32,000 nucleotides of DNA from Candidatus Saccharimonadota bacterium (GTDB lineage: Bacteria; Patescibacteriota; Gracilibacteria; UBA4473), in contig JAUIFI010000001.1 in the NCBI GenBank assembly GCA_030429505.1, positions 690,001 through 722,000 of the forward strand, read 5' to 3'. Every line of letters begins with the position of its first letter. Position 1 is the first letter of the stretch. This document shows, piece by piece, positions 31,402-32,000 of this stretch. Made by a program: the position numbers and the translations under genes. The notes beneath the pieces were generated by a model, which saw only the letters and a list, made by a program, of their open reading frames with translations, searched no databases and was not told the DNA's origin.

Positions 31402-32000
31402 ATGAATATGAAATATTTTGCCTATTGTCGTGTGAGTAGTGAGCGTGAAGATAAACAGGTTCTTAGTCCTGAGTCTCAAAAAAGAGAGCTTTTAAATTAT
31501 GCTCGTGAACACAACTTAAAAATTGTGAAAATCTTTTCAGAGAGAGGAACGGCATACAAGACAGGGAGAAAAGAGTTTAATAAAATGCTCGAAGGGTTAG
31601 AAAACGGTGAAGCAAACGGAATTTTAGTTTTTCACCTGAGTCGAATCGCCCGAAATAGTTACGATGGTGGTCGTGTCATTTATATGATGGATGAAGGCAC
31701 AATCAAAGAAATCCGCACGAAAGAAAAGACCTACATAAACTGCTCAGATGATAAATTTCTGATGCAAATTCATTTTGCAATGAATAAGAAGTCATCCGAC
31801 GATAACAGTACTTTTGTAAAAAAAGACATCATCACAAAGTTAGAAAAGCAGGAATTTCCGGGACACGCCCCAATTGGTTATTTGAACATAAACAAGGATG
31901 GGATAATCGCATCAAAACAGTATGACCACAAAAAACAGGAAATTCTTCAAACCTTGGGACGACCATTAAGACGAATTGAAAAAGACCCTATAGTAGCTCC
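31402..32000 (+). CDS. Large serine recombinase (resolvase/invertase catalytic domain); 3' end beyond the window
   Basis: Absent from the ORF track because no stop lies in the window. Hand translation: MNMKYFAYCRVSSEREDKQVLSPESQKRELLNYAREHNLKIVKIFSERGTAYKTGRKEFNKML...ILVFHLSRIARNS...FPGHAPIGYL. Y-x-R-V-S-S is the catalytic serine motif, SRIARN is the E-helix region, and the sequence then enters a recombinase domain. Confidence 0.9.
   Translation, partial: MNMKYFAYCRVSSEREDKQVLSPESQKRELLNYAREHNLKIVKIFSERGTAYKTGRKEFNKMLEGLENGEANGILVFHLSRIARNSYDGGRVIYMMDEGTIKEIRTKEKTYINCSDDKFLMQIHFAMNKKSSDDNSTFVKKDIITKLEKQEFPGHAPIGYLNINKDGIIASKQYDHKKQEILQTLGRPLRRIEKDPIVA

Larger units (their letters stand above)
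25309..32000. mobile_element. Integrative mobile element (regulator, replication module, serine recombinase); boundaries not defined, may begin as far left as about 20.6 kb
   Basis: An XRE regulator, DUF5659-like gene, primase zinc finger, P-loop helicase-like gene and large serine recombinase occur together in AT-rich, tightly overlapping operons. I could not identify att sites. Confidence 0.5.

Noticed and set aside
26416-31416. Identical 15-mer ATGAATATGAAATAT at the starts of the 422-aa gene (26416) and the serine recombinase (31402), both reading MNMKY
   Set aside because: It is short and composed of AT-rich codons in AT-rich DNA. The flanks diverge immediately, so chance identity cannot be excluded.
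1-32000. Alternative genetic code (UGA recoded), as seen in some candidate phyla
   Set aside because: Conserved genes (pilB, pilC, cusA) are intact under the standard code. TGA also terminates well-defined genes: pilB, the XRE gene, and the 27782-28027 gene.

Overview
AT-rich bacterial DNA, read with the standard genetic code: TAA, TAG and TGA all act as stops and kb-long ORFs are intact. The gene content fits an uncultivated small-genome lineage such as CPR/Patescibacteria, but that is inference only. It includes type IV pilus machinery, an ECF sigma with a low-complexity partner, an RND pump with no outer-membrane factor, and many tiny lipoproteins.

Layout:
(1) 1-5081: minus-strand type IV pilus operon. 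It holds a receiver-domain regulator, the PilB ATPase, a PilC platform protein with an unusual C-terminal SH3b-like domain, and two pilin-like genes. The second pilin-like gene is missing from the ORF track because it runs off the left edge.
(2) 5.3-11.2 kb: a mosaic of small genes (GNAT, lipoproteins, MauE-like membrane protein, dienelactone hydrolase, TspO). Two gene remnants here flank a secreted protein built from near-perfect 81-bp tandem repeats.
(3) 11.2-13.5 kb: an ECF sigma operon behind a TGAAAC-N16-CGTA promoter, coupled to a hyper-acidic membrane-anchored protein.
(4) 13.6-20.5 kb: a minus-strand CusA/CusB-like heavy-metal RND operon. It carries a short palindromic repeat inserted in-frame in cusA, and a second copy at the adaptor/cusA junction. 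Downstream sit an AT-rich inserted gene with a HEPN-like R-x4-H motif and a truncated metal-permease N-terminus.
(5) 20.6-32 kb: a strongly AT-rich island. It holds a NYN-domain gene, a divergent pair of uncharacterised membrane proteins (109 aa and 832 aa), an XRE cassette of three ATGA-coupled genes, a primase-zinc-finger / P-loop replication module, and a large serine recombinase running off the right edge.

No rRNA, tRNA or CRISPR array was found. The best candidates for something undescribed are the NYN plus membrane-pair locus, the HEPN-like insertion and the in-frame palindromic repeats. None of them can be assigned a function from sequence alone.
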